Assembly (NCBI RefSeq): GCF_004010195.1
Contig: NC_057749.1
Location: 24,636,569 to 24,696,740 of the forward strand
Source of the DNA: Chiloscyllium plagiosum
Lineage: Eukaryota
DNA: 60,172 nt
Reading direction: 5' to 3'
Shown: in pieces, positions 59,950-60,172 of the stretch
Layout of the letters: each line of letters starts with the position of its first letter
How positions within the stretch are numbered: position 1 is the stretch's first letter
The notes under the pieces: generated by a model
Databases searched by the model: none
Told to the model about the DNA's origin: nothing
Seen by the model: only the letters and a program-made list of their open reading frames with translations
Made by a program: the position numbers and the translations under genes

Positions 59950-60172
59950 AACAGGCTTCCCCACAGCCTTCCCACAGGCTTCCCCACAGTTTCCCCACAG
60001 GTTCCTCACAGCCTCCCCACAGGTTCCTTACAGCTTCCCAACAGCTTCCTCACAGCCTCCCCACAGGCTTCTCCACAGCTTCCCCACAGGCTTCACTACA
60101 ACATCCTCACAGCCTCCCCACAGCTTCCTCACAGCTTCCCAACAGCTTCCCCACAGCCTCCCCACAGGCTTC
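59950..60172 (+). repeat. 12-13-bp minisatellite (cacagcttcccc-like), runs off the window
   Basis: cacagcttcc/cacaggcttcc/cacagcctcc units. Confidence 0.9.

Overview
Eukaryotic, repeat-saturated, apparently non-coding DNA (intron or intergenic) with one 500-N assembly gap at 20885-21384. The repeat content (HE1-type tRNA/V-SINEs, HER1/CR1 LINEs, DeuSINE relics, Rex1/Babar fragments) points to a cartilaginous fish, probably a shark (inference). I recognise no host exon, tRNA or rRNA gene. The listed ORFs are LINE debris, SINE read-through, tandem repeats or N-runs. Two signals stand out. (1) About 30 short insertions in four sequence families, most carrying an intact or decayed minimal type-I hammerhead ribozyme core (CTGANGA-a-stem II-GAAA-palindromic 4-nt stem III) whose stems covary between families. 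Many are fold-back palindromes with a hammerhead core on each strand and 7-15 bp target duplications, best read as Penelope-like element termini. (2) Four non-coding retroposon copies ending in a Rex1-type 3' tail, three of them with different internal GC-rich VNTRs (SVA-like architecture). Family names come from remembered consensus motifs, not from database searches, and boundaries are approximate unless a TSD is quoted.
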